The position numbers were made by a program, and so were the translations under genes. This document shows positions 1 through 8,900 of a DNA stretch of 28,712 bases, piece after piece (the stretch's first letter is position 1; each line of letters begins with the position of its first letter). A model generated the notes under the pieces. The model was not told the origin of the DNA. It was given only the letters and a program-made list of their open reading frames with translations, and did not search any database. The DNA comes from a virus (taxonomy: Duplodnaviria; Caudoviricetes), in IMG/VR virus record IMGVR_UViG_3300044453_000024, positions 1-28,712 of that record; one strand, given 5' to 3'.

Positions 1-80
1 GAGTAGACCAGGATGTCGTCCTGGCCGCAGCGCCGGCCGACACCGATGAGAGCCTTGTCGAGACCATCGGCCTTCAGCAT
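1..80 (-). CDS. Hypothetical phage protein, N-terminal part only (runs off the left edge)
   Basis: ATG at 78-80 overlaps the TGA of the HNH gene (TGATG coupling). Reads MLKADGLDKALIGVGRRCGQDDILVY..., open to the window edge, and resembles an N-terminus I recall from small phage hypotheticals. Confidence 0.65.
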   Translation of the reverse strand, partial: MLKADGLDKALIGVGRRCGQDDILVY

Positions 81-310
81 CAGCGGGCTCCTTTGGACCT
101 GTTGGTCTTGCGGGACACGATGCGGAGGTTGGAGCGCCCGTTGCCGCCTCCGCGGGACAGGGGGCGCCTGTGGTCGACCTCTCGACTGTCGCCCACCTTT
201 AGGCCCATCCTCCGGCGAGCCGCGTTCCTCTTGGCCCGGTTGCGGATCTGCTTCGGGGTGCCGTGGTACTCCCGGTACTCCTTGGCGTAGTCTCGCTGCT
301 TCCTGGGCAT
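80..310 (-). CDS. Small basic HNH-family endonuclease
   Basis: MPRKQRDYAKEY...EVDHRRPLSRGGGNGRSNLRIVSRKTNRSKG matches the DH-x-x-P-x-x-x-GG...NL...N HNH pattern. ATG at 308-310 preferred over the longer TTG-started track ORF (80..349). Confidence 0.8.
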   Translation of the reverse strand: MPRKQRDYAKEYREYHGTPKQIRNRAKRNAARRRMGLKVGDSREVDHRRPLSRGGGNGRSNLRIVSRKTNRSKGAR

Positions 311-354
311 TGCTTCAGAGGGGTCTAGGAGGCGCTGTGCTGGCGCCAAAGGGT

Positions 355-582
355 TTACAGGTCTCTTTGGTCTCGGGGGAGTGAAGTGCGATCCTGGAGC
401 CTCCTGGGGCCCCTGGTGATCAGGTTCGCCTGATCGTGGTCCATCTCGATGGTCGCCCAGCGGTAGTCACACTGCTGGCAGACCCTCCACCGCCGGACAG
501 ACTTGTAGTGGGAGTCCCAGATCGCCGTCAGGACCTGAGTACGAGCGCCGCAGCAGGGGCAAGGGACAGTCAGGGCAGCCAT
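355..582 (-). CDS. NrdR-like N-terminal zinc-ribbon protein (no ATP-cone)
   Basis: CPCCG..TQV....SVRRWRVCQQCDYRWATIE parallels NrdR CPxC..TxV...SVRRRRxCxxCxxRFTTxE. 75 aa; start overlaps the end of terL. Confidence 0.7.
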   Translation of the reverse strand: MAALTVPCPCCGARTQVLTAIWDSHYKSVRRWRVCQQCDYRWATIEMDHDQANLITRGPRRLQDRTSLPRDQRDL

Positions 583-2258
583 GTATTCGAGCGGGGGCGG
601 GAGCCGATGACGACAGCTCCTGGACCTCGCTCCATGTACTCCTCGAGCATGCGGGTGTGGCGCTCCTCGCGCACCTGCTTCATCTCGAGGTCTCGATCCC
701 GGGCCATGGCATCCGCCAGGAAGGCCAGGGCCATGCTGAGTGCGTCCAGGCGGTCATCGTGCCTGAGGGCACCACGGTCCCTGGTGAGCCGGCTGTATTG
801 GTGCATCAGCATGTAGCTGCGCTGCTTGTCGGCCGGGAGGTCCTGGGTGCTCTCGTAGTCCCTCTGGATCAGGCTACGGTCCACGACCAGCCGGTGCGAG
901 CTCGAGAGCGGCTCAACGGTGTCCGCGATCCGGCGCTCCTTCTGGATGTGGTGGCGCACCAGGTCCACTGAGCACGGGTAGCCCATCCGGGCCAGCACCG
1001 GGGTCAGCAGGGACTTGAACATCCCCTGGCCGAGGTTCTCCTCGACGATGATCCGGGCCACCTTGTACTTCTTGGCCACTCGGGCGATCTCCTCGAGCAC
1101 TGGCTCCTCGAAGCCACCCGGGATCCCCTTGCACTCGAGGACGAACGCCTGGCCGGCGTAGGACCCGCAGACAGCCAGCGAGGTCTCGTCGGCCCCCTTG
1201 CCCGAGGGGTCGACCGAGAGCACCTTGGTCTCGTAGGAGACCAGGTCTCCATCGGTCGCCATGGGGCGGTAGTAGCGGTCACCGTTGAACCCCACACAGG
1301 GAAGATCATTGATCACCTTCTCTGGATCGTTGCACCAGACGTACCGCTCGTAGCACTTCTCGGAGTCCAGGTCAGCGACCATGAGGTCGTTGATCTTGAG
1401 CGGGTAGCGGTTGAGGTCGCTCAGGCTCTGGTCGAGCTGGAACTGCAGGTCGAACATCGAGCGCCCGTAGGCGATCTCGCGCTCGAGCAGATCCTCGGCA
1501 CTGAAGCGCCTGGGGTCCGTGGGGGTTCCCACGGGGTCTTCCATGGCCGCGATCATCGGAGCCAGGGTCTCGCCGTAGCCCAGCCGCTGCTTCCTGGTGG
1601 GCACCTGGGCCGGCCAGACGCGGGTCCTGAAGCCGCGGGTCGGCAGCTCCTTCAGGATGTCCTGCTCGGTCTGAGGCGTGCCCAGGTAGATGATGCGACC
1701 GCCTGGCTTCAGGATCGCCTCGTACTCACTGGTGGCCGCAGAGAGCTTGTCGCGCATCATCTGCGTCTGGCTGTTGGCCCAGGAGGCCACATCGTCACAG
1801 ATGATCTCCGAGGCGCGAGCTCCCGTGATGCTCGAGTACACGCCCTTCGAGGTCACCGAGGGGCTGTGGGACGGCGGGGCCGGCCCTACGTCGAAGGCGA
1901 CCTTGGAGTTCCGCTGGTTCTCTCGAGGGCGTAGGTGCGCCGTGAGCACACCCATCTCCTCGATGAGCTTCAGGGTGAAGGTCGAGAAGTCGTCCGAGCG
2001 GTTCTTGGATGCACTGATGACCAGGAAGTTCAGCGACGGGTCCAGGAGGAGCCGCCACACCACATAGGCCGAGGTGATGTAGCTCTTGCCAACCCCTCGG
2101 AACGCCTGGACCACGGTGCGCTTCGGCCCGCCGGCCAGGTACTCCGCGATGTCGTACTGAATGGGGGTGGGCTCAGGCAGCCCGAGGGCCTGCCAGGCCA
2201 TCCACAGGAAGTTCTTGAAGCCCGAGGGACCGTGTAGCCTCGGGTCGACCTCCGTCAT
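570..2258 (-). CDS. terL: Terminase large subunit (T7 gp19-like)
   Basis: Walker A QAFRGVGKS, ITGARA..IICDD (Walker B), YLGTPQ, nuclease VDPSGKGADET and HDDRLDAL motifs typical of gp19. Confidence 0.97.
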   Translation of the reverse strand: MTEVDPRLHGPSGFKNFLWMAWQALGLPEPTPIQYDIAEYLAGGPKRTVVQAFRGVGKSYITSAYVVWRLLLDPSLNFLVISASKNRSDDFSTFTLKLIEEMGVLTAHLRPRENQRNSKVAFDVGPAPPSHSPSVTSKGVYSSITGARASEIICDDVASWANSQTQMMRDKLSAATSEYEAILKPGGRIIYLGTPQTEQDILKELPTRGFRTRVWPAQVPTRKQRLGYGETLAPMIAAMEDPVGTPTDPRRFSAEDLLEREIAYGRSMFDLQFQLDQSLSDLNRYPLKINDLMVADLDSEKCYERYVWCNDPEKVINDLPCVGFNGDRYYRPMATDGDLVSYETKVLSVDPSGKGADETSLAVCGSYAGQAFVLECKGIPGGFEEPVLEEIARVAKKYKVARIIVEENLGQGMFKSLLTPVLARMGYPCSVDLVRHHIQKERRIADTVEPLSSSHRLVVDRSLIQRDYESTQDLPADKQRSYMLMHQYSRLTRDRGALRHDDRLDALSMALAFLADAMARDRDLEMKQVREERHTRMLEEYMERGPGAVVIGSRPRSNTWLP

Positions 2259-2441
2259 CTAGTACTGCTTCTTGATCTTGAGCTCCTGACGCCGCACCGG
2301 GCCGCCACTGCGGCTGCGTGACGACTTCGAGCTGCGGCTGCTGCCAGAAGTCGACCGTCGCTTGTTCTTGGTCTTCTGACGGCCCGAGGGGGCCTTGGAG
2401 ACCGAGGGGGAGATCGAGGTGTGTCCGCGGGCGTGGCTCAT
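2259..2441 (-). CDS. Small, highly basic Ser/Arg/Lys-rich hypothetical protein
   Basis: 60 aa ORF exactly filling the terS-terL gap: ATGA overlap with the terS stop, and its TAG abuts the terL ATG. Confidence 0.6.
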   Translation of the reverse strand: MSHARGHTSISPSVSKAPSGRQKTKNKRRSTSGSSRSSKSSRSRSGGPVRRQELKIKKQY

Positions 2442-2662
2442 GCGATGTTCTCCACAGGTTCTTCAGGGGAGTGGAAAGGCAGGGCGGCGGCGATGTTCGC
2501 GATGGGGGAGTCCGCGAAGGCCACCGAGTCAATCCCGTTGTCTTTCAGGAAGGCACGGGCCACCGAGAGGTCTGCAGCCGTGGCTTCGCCCGACTGGATC
2601 TTGGTCAGGAGGTCTTCTGCGACAGCGGAGTGCAGCTCCTCCAGGAGCTTGGCCATGTCCAT
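2438..2662 (-). CDS. terS: Terminase small subunit (T7 gp18-like)
   Basis: LEELH..VAEDLL.KI.SGEATAADLSVARAFLKDNGI is a gp18-type signature; located upstream of terL. Confidence 0.9.
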   Translation of the reverse strand: MDMAKLLEELHSAVAEDLLTKIQSGEATAADLSVARAFLKDNGIDSVAFADSPIANIAAALPFHSPEEPVENIA

Positions 2663-2665
2663 GGG

Positions 2666-2983
2666 CTACTCCAGGAGAGCGACCTTGACCGTCGCGCCCG
2701 AGGCGTTCTTCATGACCGCCCGCATCTGCGGGAGGATCGCGACTCCGGTCTGCAGCACCTCAGTCGTGCCGGAGCCCAAAGCGCCCGAGGTGGCGATCTC
2801 GACCCACCCGAGGTCCGGGTGCAGGCGCCCCTGCAGCTCCACCTCGTCGCAGGTGCCAGCGGTGCTCTTGAATTGCACAGCGCCGGCTTCGTCCTCGATG
2901 AGTTGACAGTTGACGGCGGTTCCCTCGGTGTCACCGGAGTCGGTGACCGTGGTGGTGTCCAGGATGATGGTGACTTTGCCCAT
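2666..2983 (-). CDS. Small beta-rich hypothetical protein, paralog B
   Basis: ATG at 2981-2983 with GGAG just upstream; 105 aa (MGKVTIILD...KVALLE); aligns by eye with the neighbouring 2986..3312 product. Confidence 0.75.
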   Translation of the reverse strand: MGKVTIILDTTTVTDSGDTEGTAVNCQLIEDEAGAVQFKSTAGTCDEVELQGRLHPDLGWVEIATSGALGSGTTEVLQTGVAILPQMRAVMKNASGATVKVALLE

Positions 2984-2985
2984 GG

Positions 2986-3312
2986 CTACTCCATGTAGTA
3001 GATGTTGAAGGTGGCGCCGAGCGCCCCAATGACGCGGCACCGGATGTAGGGCATGACCGGGAGCCCCGTGGCGATGAACTCATCCCCGGAGCCAAGGGAG
3101 GTAAACCCTCCATCGGCAGAACTGCTCCACAGAGTCACCCAACCGAAGTCGGAAGACAGCCGTGCCTGCCAAAGCACTCGAGTCATCGTGCCGCCACTCA
3201 TCTGCACTTGCAGAGCGCCCGACTCGTCCCGGTTGAGCTGGGGCTTCAACACCACGCCACTTCGGCTGCCGGAGTAATCCGACATCTGCAGTCCTTGGGT
3301 TACTTTGGCCAT
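2986..3312 (-). CDS. Small beta-rich hypothetical protein, paralog A
   Basis: ATG at 3310-3312 is coupled to the upstream TGA; 108 aa (MAKVTQGLQ...NIYYME); paralogous to 2666..2983. Confidence 0.75.
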   Translation of the reverse strand: MAKVTQGLQMSDYSGSRSGVVLKPQLNRDESGALQVQMSGGTMTRVLWQARLSSDFGWVTLWSSSADGGFTSLGSGDEFIATGLPVMPYIRCRVIGALGATFNIYYME

Positions 3313-3521
3313 CAGTTGGTGAGGGTGTCGAAGACAAGGGTGACGAGGAAGCTCAGGACGCACGCGATCCCGAGGACATACGAACGGCCGCTCTCAAGGG
3401 ACCGGACCCTCTGATCGAGGTTCTCGAGCTCCTCATGGTGCATACGCATCGTGGCGAGGATGCTGTCGACCTTGCCCTCTAAGCGTCCGATGGCGAGTAG
3501 GAGGTCATCCTGAGAGGTCAT
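3312..3521 (-). CDS. Holin-like / XhlA-like small membrane protein
   Basis: 69 aa with a coiled coil (IGRLEGKVDSIL...LDQRVRSLE) followed by one hydrophobic helix (YVLGIACVLSFLVTLVF). Lies after the tail fiber genes, where T7 has holin gp17.5. Confidence 0.55.
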   Translation of the reverse strand: MTSQDDLLLAIGRLEGKVDSILATMRMHHEELENLDQRVRSLESGRSYVLGIACVLSFLVTLVFDTLTN

Positions 3522-3922
3522 CAGTCCGTAGTGGTAGCGCGAATGATGTAGTTGAAGACCACGCAGTGGTCCTTCGTTCCATCTGACTCAATGATTCGCT
3601 GCCCGGTCTCTGCCAGGTTCCCAGCGTTCAGGCCTTCGTTGCCCGTGGTGACTCGAGAGGCCGCAGAGCCACCCATGTCATCCTTGCCCACCAGGACACG
3701 ACCCCGAAGGTCGGGCACGTTGAAGGTAGTCGAACCATCCCCGACGCCGAAGCTCACGCCTATGGCGGTGAACAGCGTCGAGTAGTCCGTGCGACTGATC
3801 GCAGAGCCATCGCAGAGAACCCAGCCCGAAGGAGCTGTTGCGCCGGCGTAGGCCAGAATGGCCCCGATGGGGACCAGCATGCCAGGGAAATCGACCCCAG
3901 CCACTCGCATCTTGGTGACCAT
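3521..3922 (-). CDS. Phage tail collar domain protein
   Basis: VPIGAILAYAGATAPSGWVLCDGSAISRTDYSTLFTAIG..FG.GDGSTTFNVPDLRGR and C-terminal NYIIR are classic collar-domain motifs. ATG 3920-3922 is coupled to the tail fiber stop. Confidence 0.92.
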   Translation of the reverse strand: MVTKMRVAGVDFPGMLVPIGAILAYAGATAPSGWVLCDGSAISRTDYSTLFTAIGVSFGVGDGSTTFNVPDLRGRVLVGKDDMGGSAASRVTTGNEGLNAGNLAETGQRIIESDGTKDHCVVFNYIIRATTTD

Positions 3923-5913
3923 CAGGAAAGCCCTTCGTATCCGTAAACAAGAACCCGAGCTCCAGCGCGGATGCTGCCACTGGTGCTGGTGTCGTTGAAC
4001 TGGTCCACGCAACGGAAACGGATGCCGTGTACGTTAGCGGCACTTTGGCGAATCACCATGGATTCATAGTGTCCATACTCGGTCCCGAGATTGGCGGCAC
4101 CAGAGGTCTTTGCGCCATGGGCGTACCCCTGAACGTGCATGGTGACGTTGCCGCTGTGTGCGCTGGTGTTATTGAGCATCTTGATCGTGAAGTCTGCCCA
4201 ATCCCCTGTGGCGATGTTCGCGTTGTCCAGCATCGGAGCCACACAGCCGTGCCGAGCGGACGACGATGTCGCATCAGGGGCAAAGTCGATTCTGCTGGAG
4301 TAGCTGTCGTAGTTTGCTGAACTTGACGCCCAGGTGCCTGACGAGTTCTGCGTCTGCACACCCACGAAAGCCCCATCGTCGGTGAGTCGGAAGTTGATGC
4401 AGACAAACTCGTACCACAGATACTTGGAGTCAAACCAGCCGGTCACCGAGAAGGTGCCCCCTGCAGAGCCCAGGGTCTGGTCGGTGATCAGCGTGCCCTT
4501 CATGGCACTCTGTGTGCTTACATCGACGTAGGCCTTGGTCGCCGCGTCCTGGTCGGAGGTCGGGTCTGCCAGGTTGACGATCTTGTTGGGGGCCTCGGTG
4601 GAGCCCAGCGACACATTGCTAGTAGCTGCACTGAACGCCGACAAAGGCTGCCCCGTGACGGTGCTGTTGAAGTCGCTGATGTCCGCAGCGGCCAGGATCC
4701 CCTCGGTCAAGTTGGCCGAGCCGGCGTTTACGCGCAGCACCTTGGCCGTGGACTCCGAGTTGCTCGAGGTGAAGGCGGTGTCCTTGAGCCTCGCGAAGTC
4801 TACGGAGTCGTCCGCGATCTTGTCCGAGGTCACAGCGTCCGTTGCGAGCTTGGCCGTCGTGACGTTGGCGTCTGCGATCTTGCCAGCGGTCACGGCCGAG
4901 TCTGCGAGCTCGGTGCTGGTGACGTTGGCCGCAGCGATCTTAGCCGTGGTCACGTTGTCGTCTGCGATCTTGACCGTAGTCACCGCAGCGTCGGCCAGCA
5001 GGGCCGTGGTCACACTGCCGTCGTCCAAGACAGCCGCGTCTAGGAAGCGGGCCTTGCCGAAGTTCAGCACGTTGATGATCTGACCAGAGCTCGGGGTCAC
5101 ATCCAGGACCAGCGAGCTGTCCGTAGCGCCCCCGGTCACTGTGTAGTCGTCAACGGGCACCTGAAGTACGCCATCGATCCCTACGACCAGCATCTCTGCC
5201 TCTGCGTAGGGCGCATTCTCCAGCGTGAAGGAGTTAGAGGAGCCCCCAGCAGTGAACTTGAAGGCCTGAGGGACACCAGCAATGCCCCAGGTGGCCACAT
5301 CGTCCACATACTTCTTGGTAGCGGCCTGCTGGTTCCCAGCGGGGTCTTCGACACCGTCGATCTTCTTGTTGGCGCTCGAGCGCGAGGCGTCGTAGGTGCC
5401 AGCCGATGAACTCCAGGGCAGGAACCCATCGTCGACGTAGGTCTTGTTCGTCGCATCGGTCCCAGCGGCCGGCGTGGCGACCCGAGAGACCTTCTGGGTC
5501 TCGGCGTCCCAGGCCGCGAGCGTGTCCGAGTAGGGCAGGTAGGTGGGCGTAGCGCCCCCGCCGCTGGTGGACTGCTCAAACGCCTCCTGCGCGATGTACA
5601 GGAGCTGCAGTGCAGAGGTGTCCAGTTGGGCCGAGTCCAGCACCGTAGCGTCCGCGAAGTCGATCAGGCGGTCAGCCTTTGTGCGCGGCGTTGACCGCAG
5701 GAGCAACACAGCGACCCCGGAGCCCGGGGCCACGGTGAAGTCGATGGTCGTACTGTTGACCGTGTAGCCCGAGGTCTGCTTGACCTCGTCCAGGTACACC
5801 AGGATTCCCGCAGGAGAAGCCCCGGTGACTACCGTGTCCGACAGGTAGTCGAAGGTGATCGAGAAGGAAGTCTGGCTCCCGTCACCTGTGTAACTTGAGT
5901 AGGAAAGGGGCAT
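3922..5913 (-). CDS. Tail fiber protein (T7 gp17-like N-terminal anchor)
   Basis: N-terminal YTGDGSQTSFSITFDYL...RSTP...DF.D..VL...LD...LQLLYIAQE anchor domain; three ATxKxYVD motifs; 10-residue repeat shaft; distinct C-terminal domain. Confidence 0.93.
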   Translation of the reverse strand: MPLSYSSYTGDGSQTSFSITFDYLSDTVVTGASPAGILVYLDEVKQTSGYTVNSTTIDFTVAPGSGVAVLLLRSTPRTKADRLIDFADATVLDSAQLDTSALQLLYIAQEAFEQSTSGGGATPTYLPYSDTLAAWDAETQKVSRVATPAAGTDATNKTYVDDGFLPWSSSAGTYDASRSSANKKIDGVEDPAGNQQAATKKYVDDVATWGIAGVPQAFKFTAGGSSNSFTLENAPYAEAEMLVVGIDGVLQVPVDDYTVTGGATDSSLVLDVTPSSGQIINVLNFGKARFLDAAVLDDGSVTTALLADAAVTTVKIADDNVTTAKIAAANVTSTELADSAVTAGKIADANVTTAKLATDAVTSDKIADDSVDFARLKDTAFTSSNSESTAKVLRVNAGSANLTEGILAAADISDFNSTVTGQPLSAFSAATSNVSLGSTEAPNKIVNLADPTSDQDAATKAYVDVSTQSAMKGTLITDQTLGSAGGTFSVTGWFDSKYLWYEFVCINFRLTDDGAFVGVQTQNSSGTWASSSANYDSYSSRIDFAPDATSSSARHGCVAPMLDNANIATGDWADFTIKMLNNTSAHSGNVTMHVQGYAHGAKTSGAANLGTEYGHYESMVIRQSAANVHGIRFRCVDQFNDTSTSGSIRAGARVLVYGYEGLS
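4790..5025 (-). repeat. About eight degenerate 30-bp (10-aa) tandem repeats in the tail fiber shaft
   Basis: DDGSVTTALL/ADAAVTTVKI/ADDNVTTAKI/AAANVTSTEL/ADSAVTAGKI/ADANVTTAKL/ATDAVTSDKI/ADDSVDFARL; recurring tctgcgatctt on the + strand. Boundaries approximate. Confidence 0.85.
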
Positions 5914-5917
5914 TGGT

Positions 5918-8900
5918 TTACTCCAGAGGGAAGAGTTCAGCGCGGATGGAATCGGTGCTGACTCCGCGCTTCAGGGCTTCGTTGGCGACCAGTTGGTTGC
6001 GAGCCAGAGCTCGCACTTCGGGGAACTCGTTCAGCATCTGCTGCAGGGCCACAGCGCGATACCTCGAGATCACTCGCTTGATCGACCGCACACGCGGGGA
6101 GTCTGCGTCCAGCTCGGACACACCGTCGACAGGCAGGCTCTGGTAGTCCTTCGACTGGATCAGCCGGCGCAGGGTCTGGCGCAGAGTGCGGGAATTCCCC
6201 TTCCCGTCCGACAGCTTGACCTCACCAGAGAGCTCGAGCCACCTGTCGTAGGCGCTCTGGCCCTTGGAGTTTTCGTACTCAGTCAGGTCGGTGGCGTACC
6301 GCTGCTTCTGAGGAAGCGAGAAGGGGTAGGCCAGGACGGCGAGCTCCTTGGTCACAAGGTCGTCCGAGGTACGGTTGATCAGCAGCGGCAAGATGACATT
6401 GGCCGAACCGGCAGCTACAGCCGCAGCGCCTTCGAAGTTCCGACGGTCCACCACTTCGCCCAGTACGGTGCGCTGTGGGTCCAGCGCCGCAGAGCCCAGC
6501 AGCGGCACCCGAGCCAGCATCTGGTCCAGGATGCCCCGGGCCTCGGTCATGGTGGGGTCCGTGACATCCCGCAGGCTTGCCAGGATCGACGGGGTCGTCA
6601 GGGCTGCACCGAGTCGACCAGCGGTCTTGCTGATGGCCGTCTCGGGCCTCTGGATCAGGCCACTGATCTGCACCAGGCCCTGGAGGTACGACTTGCTCTC
6701 GATGTTGTGGAGGATCGAGATCATGCCGGCGAGCATGATGGCCTCGTTGTTCCGCATATCCTCTTCGGAGGCGTACTTGGCGGCATCCGCGAAGTCTGCG
6801 TAGAAGCCCAAGATGGTCGCGAACGGGTCCATCTTCTGGTAGCTGACGTAAGTGTCGCCCACCTTGAGCGAGTAGGGCTGCCACCCTTCGGCCTTCATCA
6901 AGGCTCGCCGCTCTTTGTCTCGAGGGCCTGCCCCGGTGATCATCCCGTTGAGCGCAAGGCCGGCGAAGAGCGAGGTGAAGCCGATAGCAGCCGTGGCTCG
7001 ACCATAGGCGTTCGCGATGACCGTCGGGTCGCCGGACATGAGCTCCCGGGCAAACTTGTACTTCAGCTTGTCCAGCTCGACGTTCCCCAGCCGGCGCTTC
7101 AGCAGGTACTCCCCGGCTGCGTGCATGTCCCGGTTGATCATGGGGAACGCGATGCGCCGCCCGGAGTAGATCAGAATGTTGAGGGGCGTCCTGATAAACG
7201 GAACGAACAGTCGGAACAGCGGGTGCGCGTTGCCGAACTGCTGCATGTGGAGGCCGACGCTCGAGAGCAGACCGTTGTCCGCTCGGAGCTCGTTGGTGAA
7301 CGTGGCGTGCCGCGCCTTCTCCAGCGCCCGACCGGCAACCTCGCCGCGGTTCAGCACTTCGGGGTCGCCCCACTGCTCCTTGAGCCACGCCTTCTTGTCC
7401 GCGTCCATTTCCTCGACGCCGAGGGCGTGGTTGTACTTCGGGTCGTCAGGAGAGAACCGCCGGTCAGCCTCGATCCGCAGGTTGCGCTCGGTCAACGCCT
7501 GGCCTCGCTGGGTCATCGCGTCGAGCTCCTCGCGGACGAAGGTGTCGAGGTCCTCAATTTCCCCGTCCTTCAGTTTCTTCCGCCCCTCAAACATGAGGTC
7601 AGCAGTCACCGACGAACGGTAGTTCCACTGCTTGAAGAACTCGTCGGTGGCCATCAGGGCGCGTGAGGGCAGGCGAAGGAAGTTCCCGAACCACTCAATG
7701 CCCGAGCCAAGCCCCTTGTCGTCTTCGGAGATGTTCCTGAAAGGGCGCCCCAGGCCCGGGATGCCCCCATAGGCCTCGCGCACGTTCTCAGCCGTGACGG
7801 CCTCCTTCATAGAACGAGGCAGATCGTGGACGGCCGAGTCCGGGTCGAGGATGTAGTCCTTCTTCTTCCACGCTTTCCGAGCCCAATCGAGCGACTCTGA
7901 GAACTGCACATGCAGAGACATGAGCTGGTCCATGGCCCGCTTGGCCTCTGCGGCATACGCGCCTGCGTTCTTGCCCCGCAGAGTTTGGATCCCTTGGGCC
8001 AGGCGGGCCCCCAGCATTGTCTCGATGGGGTTGTAGAGCGTGACCGCCGCGTTGCCGATGGTGTTGGTCGACAGGGTGCGGATAGACGACAGGATGAAGT
8101 TGACGAAGTACTCGTTGAGAATGAAAGTACGCCGCGCTCGAGCATCGAACTTCTGCAGCCGGTGTAGGGCCACCATGTTGTTCTTCTCGCCGGCAGTGCG
8201 GCGGGCTTCGAACAGCTCGTCCCCTTGCCTGAGCAGCCAGTCTCGGCCGCCCATGTCCTTGATCTTTGCCTCCATCATCTCAGGGGTGAGAATCTTGGAG
8301 GCCTTGAACCGCAGGCGGTAAAGGCCCCGGCCGAACTCACGCCGGATGGCACCGAAGCCCCGGAAGAGCTCGGAGGCCTCGCGGTACGCGGTGCCAAAGG
8401 CGTCGAGGGCCTGGGTCTCAGTCAGCCCGACGTTCCTGAGCGCCGCTTGGTCACCCTTGGCCGCACGGTACAACTGGTGCATGTCGTCCAGGTGCCGGTC
8501 GACGTACTTCAGGAAGCCCATGGCGTTGAGGCTGGCTTCCCCGATCTGCTCGGCCGTGGCCTTCATCCACGGGATGATCTCGGAGGGCTTGCGGCCCAGC
8601 ATCTGGGCCCACATGCGCGTGCCGGCCTCTTCGACAGATGCTTCCTCGAAGCTGACCTTAGCCTTCTTGCCTCGAGGCCGGTCGACGGTGGGGTTCTTGC
8701 CGATCTCCTCCTTGGGGAGCGGGAGGCCCCTGTGGTCGACGGCGTTGTCCGCGGCACTCTTGCTCGAGGCGTAGATGATCGCGAGCTTACGGTTGGCCGA
8801 GGTGCCCAGGGTTGCCGTGTTTACCACGCCCGTCAGAGACTCGAGGGCATCGCTGCCGTTGTCCAGAGCCTCCGTGAGGGCGTCCACAGCTCGGGCTGTT

